Made by a program: the position numbers and the translations under genes. Shown in pieces: positions 23,580-31,142 of a DNA stretch of 38,532 nucleotides. Origin of the DNA: Verrucomicrobiota bacterium (GTDB lineage Bacteria; Verrucomicrobiota; Kiritimatiellia; RFP12; UBA1067); the NCBI GenBank assembly GCA_022704125.1, contig JAKJHA010000001.1, forward strand, positions 1 to 38,532. The letters run 5' to 3'. Each line of letters opens with the position of its first letter. Position 1 is the stretch's first letter. The notes beneath the pieces are model-generated. The model was given only the letters and a program-made list of their open reading frames with translations. It was not told the DNA's origin and ran no database searches.

Positions 23580-26390
23580 TCACTGCGGGGAAGCCGCCAA
23601 ACGAGGCTCTTGCAAAACCCCTCGTGGCATGGGCGTCCCGCCCATGAGGCAAACACGGGCAAGATGCCCGTGCCACACCCCTCGTGGCATGGGCGTCCCG
23701 CCCATGAAAGAGCAGCAAGGTTTTGCAAGAGTCGTCAAACGTTTTACTAGTTCGTCCGGTGACAGAGAACTCGCTGCATAGCGCATTGTACCGGGGAGGG
23801 TGGCCGGATCGGTCAGCGCGTTGCCGAAGAGATCGGTCCAGCGGATGGCAGGATCTTGGACAAACGGCAACTTGGCGTCGCGTCCACCGCAGAGCACCGC
23901 GCAGCTTCCGCCGCGACCCGCGAAGAGATAAACGAAGCGGTTCGCGCCCAGATCGACTTTGCGCACGAACGGCTTGCCTTCCAGCGAACGCGTGAGGTGG
24001 GAATAGGCAGCCAGCCCCGGATGCGGATAGCCGTCCGCTCCCAACAACACCATGAAGCTCGGCGCGGTGGCGAGGGATGAGTAACCGTGCGCCGTGTAAA
24101 GGAAGACCTTGGCTATCTTCTGCGCCAGCAGACTGACGGTGTAGCGGCAGTTCCTCTCAGCCAAGTTGACCGTATCCTCTTCCGGCTGCCAAGTGATGGT
24201 GTGTTTGTACAGGCCCGTCATGCGCTGCTCGCCTCTGCCGGAGCCTGTGCTACCACCCTGTCCCTCGCTCATGTAGATCGGCTTGCCGCCCGCGTTCGGG
24301 AACTTGTCGAAGATTTCACCGACCGCATAGTGATAGGCCTGCGCCACGCTGTCATCCGCGAGGCATGTCGCGTTCTTGGTGTAGAGGTGGAAGTCGATGG
24401 TATCGCACACCTCCATGCCTCCGGCGGCAAGCACACCCGCCGTCCACAACTGACCGCTCCCGCCGCCTGTGGAATTGAATCCGGCGACCTTGATGGTGGG
24501 GTCCACGGCCTTGACGGTCCGGTAGGCTCCGCGACAAAGCTCCGTGAAATCGCGCTCGGCGTCATCCTTCCCGAAGAACTTCGCGTCCTTTCCCGACTTC
24601 CACCATCCGCCCCAAGGCTCGTTCCAGACGAAATATTCGTCGATCACCCCTTTGTAGCGCGTGACGAACGTTTTCACATAGGCGTTGAACTCTTCATTAT
24701 TTTTCGGGCGCATGAATTTTTCAAAGTACCCCATGTGCTTGCAGCCCAAGTCGTCGTAGTGCGAAGCCCACGCCGGCGTGGTTCCCAACTGCGCGAAAAT
24801 CTTGATCCCGTTTTTACGGTAACGCTGGAGGTCCGCGTCCATGAAGGTCCACTCACCTTTTTTCTTCTCAAGATTCCACCAGCCGCAGTACTCGGTACCG
24901 GCGTCGTGCAGGCGCGCCCAGTTGATGCCGCACGCTTTCATCATACGGATGGTCGACTCCAAAGCGATAAAGTGACAGCCGAAGGGTGAGTCCGGTGCGT
25001 CCTGCCCCCAGAAAACCGGACGTTCCAACCGCGTCATCACGATCTCGTTGTAGGGCGAGATGCGCGTGCCGTCGCGCTCCACCCACGCCTCGATCCGGAA
25101 TTGACCGAGGGGCCGGGCGGGAAAAACGTCGAACCGCAACGTGCCGTCAAACTGCTCCGATCCTGCCGGCACGCGCAGATCTGCCAGCGGTACGCTTGTT
25201 CCGTAAAGGTCTGTCACGCAACTTTTCAGTACCGCGCCGCCTGCCTCGCCTGTCACGCAGAAACGCACTTCGGCGCACTCATCTGCGAACCGAATACGCG
25301 TCTCGGCAATCTCGGAGGTTCCCGGAGCGAGCGCCACCTCGCAGGCGCGGTCCTTCAGGTCGGCGGCCGCCGAATCAGCGAACGCACGCAAGGCGTCCAA
25401 GCGGAAGGTTCCGCTCCCGGTGAAACGCAGACAGAAACAGAGTGCCTCGCCGGGCAGCACGAAAGCCAGCTTGGCCGTCTGCCAACCGTTTGAAGGCGTC
25501 AGCGTCTTGCCGCCCATGGCACGACCGTCACGCATCAGTTCCACGCGACACGCATTATCGGCTTGATATGCGAACGTGATCGTGTGGGGCTTGTCCGGCT
25601 GATTGGTTTGGAAGGGCTCGGAGTACAGCGCGAACCCCTCGCCGGATGTGACGACAAGCGAAGGGACGCCCCCTTCACCGGGATGCGCGGTGTCGGCTCC
25701 GTAGGTGGCGGTACGGCTGTCGCGGTCGATGTTCCAACCACAGGGCAGCCCCAACGGGAAGCGGCTGTTGCGGAAGAAGTTCTTCACCGAGGCGTCCGGA
25801 CGCGGCACCGTGGCAGCAAGCTCCTCTTTGCTGAGACGCGCCAGTTCCACCGAGGCAATGTCCGTAATGCCGCCGCCCAAGTAGAAAAAGATCGCCACAC
25901 GTGATTCGCTGCGCTCCCGTGTCTGGATGACGAAGCGCCGTTCCTTCCATCCGTCGGCAGGCAGGAACTCCGCCGTGCCGAAACTCCGATAGGGCGCGCC
26001 CACCTGACGCAGACCGAACTGAAGGGGGGCGGCGTGCGGGCGGGCCGTCACAACCAGCTCGAACACGCCCGGCAGCGCGATCTCGCCGCCACTGATCGAG
26101 AACTGCACAGCCGAATCGATCTTTTCCGTATGGAACCGCAAAAATATGCGCCCGTCTTCCGTGAGCCGTTCCGTACGCGCCACAGAGGCGTTCCACGCGG
26201 CGAAGTTCTCGCTCACCCTCGGTGGCAGCGTGCCTTGAAAGCGGCCGATCTTTTCGTACGAGCAGGCTCTTCCTTCCTGTCCAAAATCTACGCGGAACAC
26301 CGTTTCTCTGGCTTCCGCCAACTGCATCCATCCCGCGCAGAAAGCCACGCCGATCAGCATTGTGAGCCATCGTTTTGAGTGAGTCGTCAT
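23580..26390 (-). CDS. secreted glycoside hydrolase-like protein (clan GH-A type); 3' end runs into a repeat element
   Basis: 936 aa with GGGAGA upstream of ATG 26390. Signal peptide MTTHSKRWLTMLIGVAFCAGWMQLAEA. GINWARLHD and RYKGVIDEYFVWNEPWGGWW blocks. The last ~48 codons (KPCCSFMGGTPMPRGVWHGHLARVCLMGGTPMPRGVLQEPRLAASPQ) are encoded by REP-like copy B, so the true C-terminus is uncertain. Confidence 0.7.
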   Translation of the reverse strand: MTTHSKRWLTMLIGVAFCAGWMQLAEARETVFRVDFGQEGRACSYEKIGRFQGTLPPRVSENFAAWNASVARTERLTEDGRIFLRFHTEKIDSAVQFSISGGEIALPGVFELVVTARPHAAPLQFGLRQVGAPYRSFGTAEFLPADGWKERRFVIQTRERSESRVAIFFYLGGGITDIASVELARLSKEELAATVPRPDASVKNFFRNSRFPLGLPCGWNIDRDSRTATYGADTAHPGEGGVPSLVVTSGEGFALYSEPFQTNQPDKPHTITFAYQADNACRVELMRDGRAMGGKTLTPSNGWQTAKLAFVLPGEALCFCLRFTGSGTFRLDALRAFADSAAADLKDRACEVALAPGTSEIAETRIRFADECAEVRFCVTGEAGGAVLKSCVTDLYGTSVPLADLRVPAGSEQFDGTLRFDVFPARPLGQFRIEAWVERDGTRISPYNEIVMTRLERPVFWGQDAPDSPFGCHFIALESTIRMMKACGINWARLHDAGTEYCGWWNLEKKKGEWTFMDADLQRYRKNGIKIFAQLGTTPAWASHYDDLGCKHMGYFEKFMRPKNNEEFNAYVKTFVTRYKGVIDEYFVWNEPWGGWWKSGKDAKFFGKDDAERDFTELCRGAYRTVKAVDPTIKVAGFNSTGGGSGQLWTAGVLAAGGMEVCDTIDFHLYTKNATCLADDSVAQAYHYAVGEIFDKFPNAGGKPIYMSEGQGGSTGSGRGEQRMTGLYKHTITWQPEEDTVNLAERNCRYTVSLLAQKIAKVFLYTAHGYSSLATAPSFMVLLGADGYPHPGLAAYSHLTRSLEGKPFVRKVDLGANRFVYLFAGRGGSCAVLCGGRDAKLPFVQDPAIRWTDLFGNALTDPATLPGTMRYAASSLSPDELVKRLTTLAKPCCSFMGGTPMPRGVWHGHLARVCLMGGTPMPRGVLQEPRLAASPQ
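23605..23730. repeat. REP/BIME-like composite palindromic element, copy B (internally duplicated)
   Basis: CTTGCAAAACC...GGTTTTGCAAG termini. The 30-mer CCCCTCGTGGCATGGGCGTCCCGCCCATGA occurs at 23618-23647 and 23678-23707, flanking the hairpin CACGGGCA-AGA-TGCCCGTG (23654-23672). Confidence 0.9.
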
Positions 26391-26403
26391 CGTTTCTCCC
26401 TGA

Positions 26404-26429
26404 GTTCTGTGGGCGGCGTTTACGCCACC
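26404..26429. repeat. hairpin module GGCGGCG-TTTA-CGCCRCC with a conserved 5' flank
   Basis: GTTCTGTGGGCGGCGTTTACGCC (26404-26426) is identical to 29856-29878. Confidence 0.85.
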
Positions 26430-26478
26430 ATCTCGCGCCCTTGCGCCCTTTTACATACCCCGAACTGTAACCCCTAAA

Positions 26479-28482
26479 TCACTTTGGAACAAGCGCTTTC
26501 TGCGGGAGCGCAAAGTCGCCGTCCATTGTGACTGGCAACTGGAAGACATCGCCCTTCTGATTGCAGAAGTAGAGGCGTGACGCGGACGGTTTGCGTCCGT
26601 GTCCATCCGCCCAATAGCCGTAGAAATCGGGGTGGGCATTTACCGGACGGCGCACGTAGGTGTGGTTCATCTCGCTGTTGGCCGTCATCTGTCTGACCTT
26701 TCGCCATGTGGCTCCCGCGTCCTCAGTCAACCACATCGCGATCTCTCCGCCGGGATTGTACGGCTGCGGTCCCAGCTCGGTCGGACCGATGATGCGCCAT
26801 GTGGTGTCGCTCTCGATATACACCGGACCGGTATCGTAATTGTTGCCCGAGACGATGCCGGTAAAGCGTTCCTGCCACTCCGTGCCGGTCCAGCGCACGG
26901 TGCGCCATTCACGGGGACCGTTGGCCGGGCCGGACTGGTATCCTTTGCTCAGCACGAACAGGATGATCGGGTTTCCTTTGGAATCGAACTGCACGTCCTT
27001 GATGTAGCAGTTGCGGTTCTTGCTTTCGTACTCCAGCACCAGAGCGGGATTGTCTTTGCTGACAAGCGGCGTCTCAAGTACCTGCCCGTCGGCCGTCTTC
27101 CAGGTCGCGCCGAAATCATCGCTTTCCATGTAGTACACGTTCGTGCGCCAGTTAAGCCCTTTGCCTTTAGGATGCTGGTTGAAGGCGATGCCGGTTTTCT
27201 TGTCCTTCCACTGCCAACTGATCTGATAGTGTCCCTCCTCAAAGTAAGCGGTCTGCTTGCGCTCGCTCCATTCGGTACCTTCCGGATTGCTGGTCATATA
27301 GTAGTTGCCACGTCCCCTCACATACCATGTATGGACAAAGAGAAATCCCTTGCCGGGGTAGTAGAAGGGTTCGGGATAGGAGAAGTTGCCGCTCCACATG
27401 AGTTGGAACGCCTCGATGTCGTACGGCTTGACGCTGCGCGAAATATAGGAGGGACGCCCGCGGCCGTGGCTGCTGGAGAAAATCCAGATGTAGCCCTTGT
27501 CATCCAGATTGATCACCGGGTTGTCATGCGCATCGTCGGTTTTTTTGTCGAGCAGACAGACGGGCCTGGCCACACGCCCCGTCTTATGGTCATAGTACGA
27601 GATCATGTGCAGGAGCGTGCGGTTACCTACATCGGTGCCGCCGTAACAGAAGAAGGTCTTGTTGACCGCGGGCGCATACCAGGCCATCGGAATATGCTTG
27701 GCGCAATAGGTGCCGAGGCCGCCGCTGTACTTGTAGACGTACTCGTCCCCCGAGGGTTGATTGAAGTACCAGATACCACGGAAACCATCCAGCTTGCGAT
27801 TAAGGAGAACGGTCAGCATCGGCTGGAACTTCACGAGGTCAGCCCCGCCTTTCACCCGGTTTGCGATTGTCGTGTCAGTCGAATGGGTCTGCCAGTGCGC
27901 AATCAGCTCACGCGACTGATCCTGCCACGCCTCCTCTCCGGCAAGACATCGCGCCTCAGTCGCGTCGAGCGCGCGGTTCCAGATGCGGATGTCGGTCATG
28001 TTGCCTTTGAGTATGCGTTCCTCTTGACCGTCGATCACACCGACCGTCAGCGGATACGCGAACACCGTCCGTTTCAGCGGGATCGCCTGCTGCCCCTCCA
28101 GCACGCCGTCACGATAGATCTTCGCCGTCTTGCCGTCATAGGTTCCCAGGTAGTGGGTCCAAACGTTCGGTTGCGGCGGCTTCGCTGTGGCGTATCCGTA
28201 ACGGCCCGGTTCGCCCTCGACCAACATCCGCACCGCGCCCTTGTACAGGTAAAACGAAAAGTCCTGATTCGGCTTCCCCAATGTGAGGAACATCTGCGGA
28301 CGCACGGCGTCCGTAACCCTGACCCACGCGGCGACCGAGAACCCGTCCACCTTCAGGACAGTCTGGATGTTGCTCACGCTGAAACCGGTTTGCCCGTCAA
28401 ACGGATACCCCGCCTGTTTCGGCACGGCCCATACGGAGGCCGCCGCCAACACGATCACCGCTACCAACATGATTCCCCTCAT
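26479..28482 (-). CDS. secreted LamG-domain / BNR (Asp-box) repeat protein
   Basis: 792-aa ORF trimmed to ATG 28482, with GGGAGGA upstream. Signal peptide MRGIMLVAVIVLAAASVWA. LamG-like block FSVAAWVRV...YLGTYDGKTAKIYRDGVL...MTDIRIWNRAL. Two Asp-boxes, SDDFGATW and TEDAGATW. Confidence 0.75.
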   Translation of the reverse strand: MRGIMLVAVIVLAAASVWAVPKQAGYPFDGQTGFSVSNIQTVLKVDGFSVAAWVRVTDAVRPQMFLTLGKPNQDFSFYLYKGAVRMLVEGEPGRYGYATAKPPQPNVWTHYLGTYDGKTAKIYRDGVLEGQQAIPLKRTVFAYPLTVGVIDGQEERILKGNMTDIRIWNRALDATEARCLAGEEAWQDQSRELIAHWQTHSTDTTIANRVKGGADLVKFQPMLTVLLNRKLDGFRGIWYFNQPSGDEYVYKYSGGLGTYCAKHIPMAWYAPAVNKTFFCYGGTDVGNRTLLHMISYYDHKTGRVARPVCLLDKKTDDAHDNPVINLDDKGYIWIFSSSHGRGRPSYISRSVKPYDIEAFQLMWSGNFSYPEPFYYPGKGFLFVHTWYVRGRGNYYMTSNPEGTEWSERKQTAYFEEGHYQISWQWKDKKTGIAFNQHPKGKGLNWRTNVYYMESDDFGATWKTADGQVLETPLVSKDNPALVLEYESKNRNCYIKDVQFDSKGNPIILFVLSKGYQSGPANGPREWRTVRWTGTEWQERFTGIVSGNNYDTGPVYIESDTTWRIIGPTELGPQPYNPGGEIAMWLTEDAGATWRKVRQMTANSEMNHTYVRRPVNAHPDFYGYWADGHGRKPSASRLYFCNQKGDVFQLPVTMDGDFALPQKALVPK

Positions 28483-28593
28483 ATAGTCCTCCCGTTGCAT
28501 TGTTTGCATTAAACACGGAAAGCTTTGGGAGACGCAACCCTTTTTTGGTTTGGAACGAGCGCTTTCAGAGGCGGTTATGTTACACTCTCTCTC

Positions 28594-29802
28594 ATGCAAG
28601 CGCTTCCCTATTGCCTGAACATCCACCCCGGCGAGAGTCTCGCCGCTGTTTGTGATGCCATCACGACGCACGCGGTCGCGGTCAAGGCGCGCGTCTCCCC
28701 TGCTCACGCCTATCCGCTCGGCCTGCGTCTCTCTAACGCTGCGGCCCAAGAACTGCTCGCCCCCTCCGCGCTGTCGCTGGAAGACTTCGAGGAGTTGCTC
28801 GCCCAGCACGATCTGACCGTCTCCTGCATCAATGGTTTTCCGTACGGTGCATTCCACGGTACCGCCGTCAAGACCGCCGTTTACGAGCCAGATTGGTCGA
28901 AGCCTGAACGGCTCGCCTACACCGGTCGCCTCGCCGGGATTCTTTCCTTCTTACTGCCTGAAGGCGCGACCGGCAACATTTCGACCGTGCCGATCGGCTA
29001 CCGGAATCCGAGTCCGACAGAAAGCGGGAAGAGAGCAGGCGCCGAAGAGCAGCGGATGGCGGTGTGTGTGCGGCAACTCGTCGTTATGGCGAGGATACTC
29101 AATGACCTTTCAGTCCATGAAAACCGCGAAGTCGTTCTCGCGCTGGAGCCTGAGCCCGACTGTCTGCTAGAAACCACGGACGATGTCATCCACTGGTTCG
29201 AAGACGAGTTGCTCTACCAAGGAATCCGCTGGCTCAGCAACAACCGCCAGCGCACGCGCGACGAGGCTGAAGCGCTACTGCGCCGCCATATCGGCATCTG
29301 TCTGGACACCTGTCACTTCGCGGTGGCTTTCGAGGACCCGCTGACCGCGCTGACCCGTTTCGAATCCGCCGGTCTGCGCGTCGCGCGCATTCAGCTCAGC
29401 GCCGCGCTGCGCACCACCGTTTCAGAAGACGCCCTGCAACGCCTGCGCGCCTTCATCGATCCGGTCTATCTGCACCAGACCAAGATCCGACTGCCGCGAG
29501 GCCAGATCGTAGCGTACCCCGACCTGACCGAGGCCACGCTGGACGCCGCGTGCGAACAGACCGACTGTGAACTGCGCACGCACTTTCATGTGCCGCTCTA
29601 CTTCGAGGGCGACGGCGTGCTGGCCTCGACCCACACCGACCTCACACCCGCTTTCTTTGAGCACGTCCGGGCGCGCCGCATCCCGCTTGAAGTCGAGACC
29701 TACACCTTTGACGTCCTGCCGCCCGACCTGCGCGCCCAGACAGTGGTCGACAGTTTGGTGCGCGAGTTAGAATGGGCTTCCCGCGTTGCGCGCGGAGTTT
29801 GA
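28594..29802 (+). CDS. xylose-isomerase-like TIM-barrel protein, EboE-like
   Basis: 402 aa from ATG 28594. LPYCLNIHPGE, INGFPYGAFHG, VYEPDW and GNISTVPIGY resemble the EboE family as I recall it. Not verified by search. Confidence 0.55.
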   Translation: MQALPYCLNIHPGESLAAVCDAITTHAVAVKARVSPAHAYPLGLRLSNAAAQELLAPSALSLEDFEELLAQHDLTVSCINGFPYGAFHGTAVKTAVYEPDWSKPERLAYTGRLAGILSFLLPEGATGNISTVPIGYRNPSPTESGKRAGAEEQRMAVCVRQLVVMARILNDLSVHENREVVLALEPEPDCLLETTDDVIHWFEDELLYQGIRWLSNNRQRTRDEAEALLRRHIGICLDTCHFAVAFEDPLTALTRFESAGLRVARIQLSAALRTTVSEDALQRLRAFIDPVYLHQTKIRLPRGQIVAYPDLTEATLDAACEQTDCELRTHFHVPLYFEGDGVLASTHTDLTPAFFEHVRARRIPLEVETYTFDVLPPDLRAQTVVDSLVRELEWASRVARGV

Positions 29803-29900
29803 ATTTAGGATTTAGGAGTTAGGAGTTTTTTCACTTCGGCGTTCGACGTTCTCCCGTTCTGTGGGCGGCGTTTACGCCGCCGGACGAGCGACGCTCGTCC
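29803..29900. repeat. mosaic: TAGGAKT array, T-run, GTTC heptamers and two hairpins
   Basis: ATTTAGGATTTAGGAGTTAGGAGTT (29803-29827) starts 1 nt after the stop codon. CACTTCGGCGTTCGACGTTCTCCCGTTCT (29832-29860). GGCGGCG-TTTA-CGCCGCC (29864-29881). GGACGAGCG-A-CGCTCGTCC (29882-29900). Confidence 0.9.
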
Positions 29901-29959
29901 CTCTCGGCGCTGCGCGGCGGATTGGTTTTTAATCGCAACAGCACCCCCGCCGATCACTG

Positions 29960-30637
29960 TCACTCTTTCTCTGCGTCCCCGCCCTCTTCGTCCAGTTCGC
30001 CGGTCGCATCCAAGATGCGCGCGGCCTCGACATACATCGGGTGCTCCTTGTCCTTATAGATCTCTTTCATCATCGGCACCTTGATGTCCTCGTCGTGGTT
30101 CAACCCGTCAGAAAAAATCTCATCGAGAATGTCCGGATCGATGGTTTTGTCAAAAAGAATCGGATACAAGATCGGGAACTGCTCTTCCGGCAACAGGTGC
30201 AGCGCCGTCTGGATGCCGTCCATTTGATCTCTCTTGTCAAGTTTGGCAAACTCGCGCTTAAAGGCGATGGCTTCCTCGGCGGTGGGCGCTCTGGTCTTTT
30301 CAGACAGCGTGTCGATAAAGTTTTCCCAAGCCTCGATAACCTTAATGCGATCCTCCGTCATCTCCTCCGCTTGAGAAGCCGGAGTAGCCGTCTTCGAGTC
30401 CGGTGCACCCTGTCCCGCCCGCACACGCTCTGTGCGTTGACCCGCCGGCCGCTGATGCGGCGACACACGCGCCGACGGCTTTTTCGGATCGGTCGGAGTG
30501 AGTGCCTTGGCGACGGGCTGCTTCGCGACGTCCGTCTCCGGCTCTGGTGTTTTCGAGCGCAGAGCCACAAACCCAATAACGGCCGCCACCAACGCAACGA
30601 CCGCCAACCCGAGCCAAACTGTTTTTTTATCGCGCAT
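29960..30637 (-). CDS. hypothetical membrane-anchored protein with a Pro/Lys/Ala-rich linker and an acidic helical C-terminal domain
   Basis: 244-aa ORF trimmed to ATG 30637, with AAGGAG upstream. TM anchor VWLGLAVVALVAAVIGFVAL. No family recognised. Confidence 0.55.
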   Translation of the reverse strand: MRDKKTVWLGLAVVALVAAVIGFVALRSKTPEPETDVAKQPVAKALTPTDPKKPSARVSPHQRPAGQRTERVRAGQGAPDSKTATPASQAEEMTEDRIKVIEAWENFIDTLSEKTRAPTAEEAIAFKREFAKLDKRDQMDGIQTALHLLPEEQFPILYPILFDKTIDPDILDEIFSDGLNHDEDIKVPMMKEIYKDKEHPMYVEAARILDATGELDEEGGDAEKE

Positions 30638-30654
30638 CGTGCAACTCCTTAAAC

Positions 30655-30692
30655 AAAAAAGCCAGCGACTTCCACTTCCGTAAACCGCTGGC
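30655..30692 (-). terminator. putative intrinsic terminator after tRNA-Glu
   Basis: Minus strand has GCCAGCG, an 18-nt loop and CGCTGGC, followed by TTTTTTGTTT. The stem is only 7 bp and the loop is large. Confidence 0.45.
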
Positions 30693-30705
30693 ATATCCGA
30701 TTAGG

Positions 30706-30780
30706 TGGCACCCCCTAGGGGAATCGAACCCCTCTTTCCAGGATGAGAACCTGATGTCCTAGCCGATAGACGAAGGGGGC
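30706..30780 (-). tRNA. tRNA-Glu (anticodon CUC)
   Basis: Minus strand reads GCCCCCTTCGTCTATCGGCTAGGACATCAGGTTCTCATCCTGGAAAGAGGGGTTCGATTCCCCTAGGGGGTGCCA. Anticodon loop TTCTCAT, T-arm AGGGG-TTCGATT-CCCCT, encoded CCA, G1-U72 wobble. Confidence 0.88.
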
Positions 30781-30799
30781 AGTGCCTAAAAATGAACTA

Positions 30800-30884
30800 T
30801 GGTGCACCCGGAGGGATTTGAACCCCCACACCTCTCGGCATAAGAACCTGAATCTTACGTGTCTGCCAATTCCACCACGGGTGC
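30800..30884 (-). tRNA. tRNA-Leu (anticodon CAG)
   Basis: 85 nt. Acceptor GCACCCG/CGGGTGC. Anticodon stem-loop TAAGA-TTCAGGT-TCTTA. Long variable arm. T-arm GGGGG-TTCAAAT-CCCTC. Encoded CCA. Confidence 0.9.
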
Positions 30885-30897
30885 GAATGAGAAAAGG

Positions 30898-30926
30898 AGT
30901 ATGCCAAAACCCCCTCATGTCGTCAA
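30898..30926 (-). promoter_or_regulatory. putative promoter for tRNA-Leu/tRNA-Glu
   Basis: Minus strand has TTGACG (30921-30926), a 17-nt spacer and CATACT (30898-30903). The -10 box ends about 13 nt upstream of the tRNA-Leu 5' end. Confidence 0.4.
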
Positions 30927-30957
30927 CCCCCCTGCTTCTTTTTTTCATCTTGGGCAC

Positions 30958-30987
30958 TTGACTTCCCCCTCGGTAACTCGCTATAGT
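30958..30987 (+). promoter_or_regulatory. putative promoter for tRNA-Thr
   Basis: TTGACT (30958-30963), 18-nt spacer, TATAGT (30982-30987). The tRNA starts 16 nt downstream. Confidence 0.45.
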
Positions 30988-31003
30988 GGCACCTGTTTCT
31001 GAA

Positions 31004-31079
31004 GCCAACGTAGCTCAGCTGGTAGAGCAGATCATTCGTAATGATCAGGTCGTCCGTTCGATCCGGATCGTTGGCTCCA
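31004..31079 (+). tRNA. tRNA-Thr (anticodon CGU)
   Basis: GCCAACGTAGCTCAGCTGGTAGAGCAGATCATTCGTAATGATCAGGTCGTCCGTTCGATCCGGATCGTTGGCTCCA. Anticodon loop TTCGTAA, discriminator U, encoded CCA. Confidence 0.9.
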
Positions 31080-31086
31080 TTTTTAA

Positions 31087-31128
31087 CCTCGAAAACCGGT
31101 GGTTGTTGTTTTCGGGGTTTTTCTGTTT
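31087..31128 (+). terminator. intrinsic terminator after tRNA-Thr
   Basis: 10-bp stem CCTCGAAAAC / GTTTTCGGGG (one G-U pair) with an 11-nt loop, followed by TTTTTCTGTTT. Confidence 0.55.
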
Positions 31129-31142
31129 CGGGGGCCACTACC

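Noticed and set aside
26599-28512. 637-aa ORF on the plus strand
   Set aside because: It is antisense to the LamG/BNR gene, which has a signal peptide, an RBS and Asp-box motifs. The translation is Arg/Val/His-rich with no recognisable motif. The same reasoning rejects 3702..4778(+), 10833..11861(+), 13613..14626(+), 22753..23781(+), 24087..24989(+), 31962..32966(-) and the many shorter overlapping ORFs in the track.
28483-28857. N-terminal extension of the 792-aa ORF, and analogous extensions at 3655-3684, 6405-6500, 20212-20355, 28525-28593, 30638-30694, 31041-31142, 35708-35803 and 37136-37195
   Set aside because: Internal ATGs are each preceded by a good Shine-Dalgarno site and followed by a signal peptide or a conserved N-terminus. 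The extensions overlap neighbouring genes, tRNAs, the riboswitch or repeat elements, and several begin with non-ATG codons.
29960-31140. Integrated mobile element at the tRNA cluster
   Set aside because: There is no integrase, excisionase or transposase ORF. I saw no duplicated tRNA 3' segment, and the flanking genes have host-like G+C.
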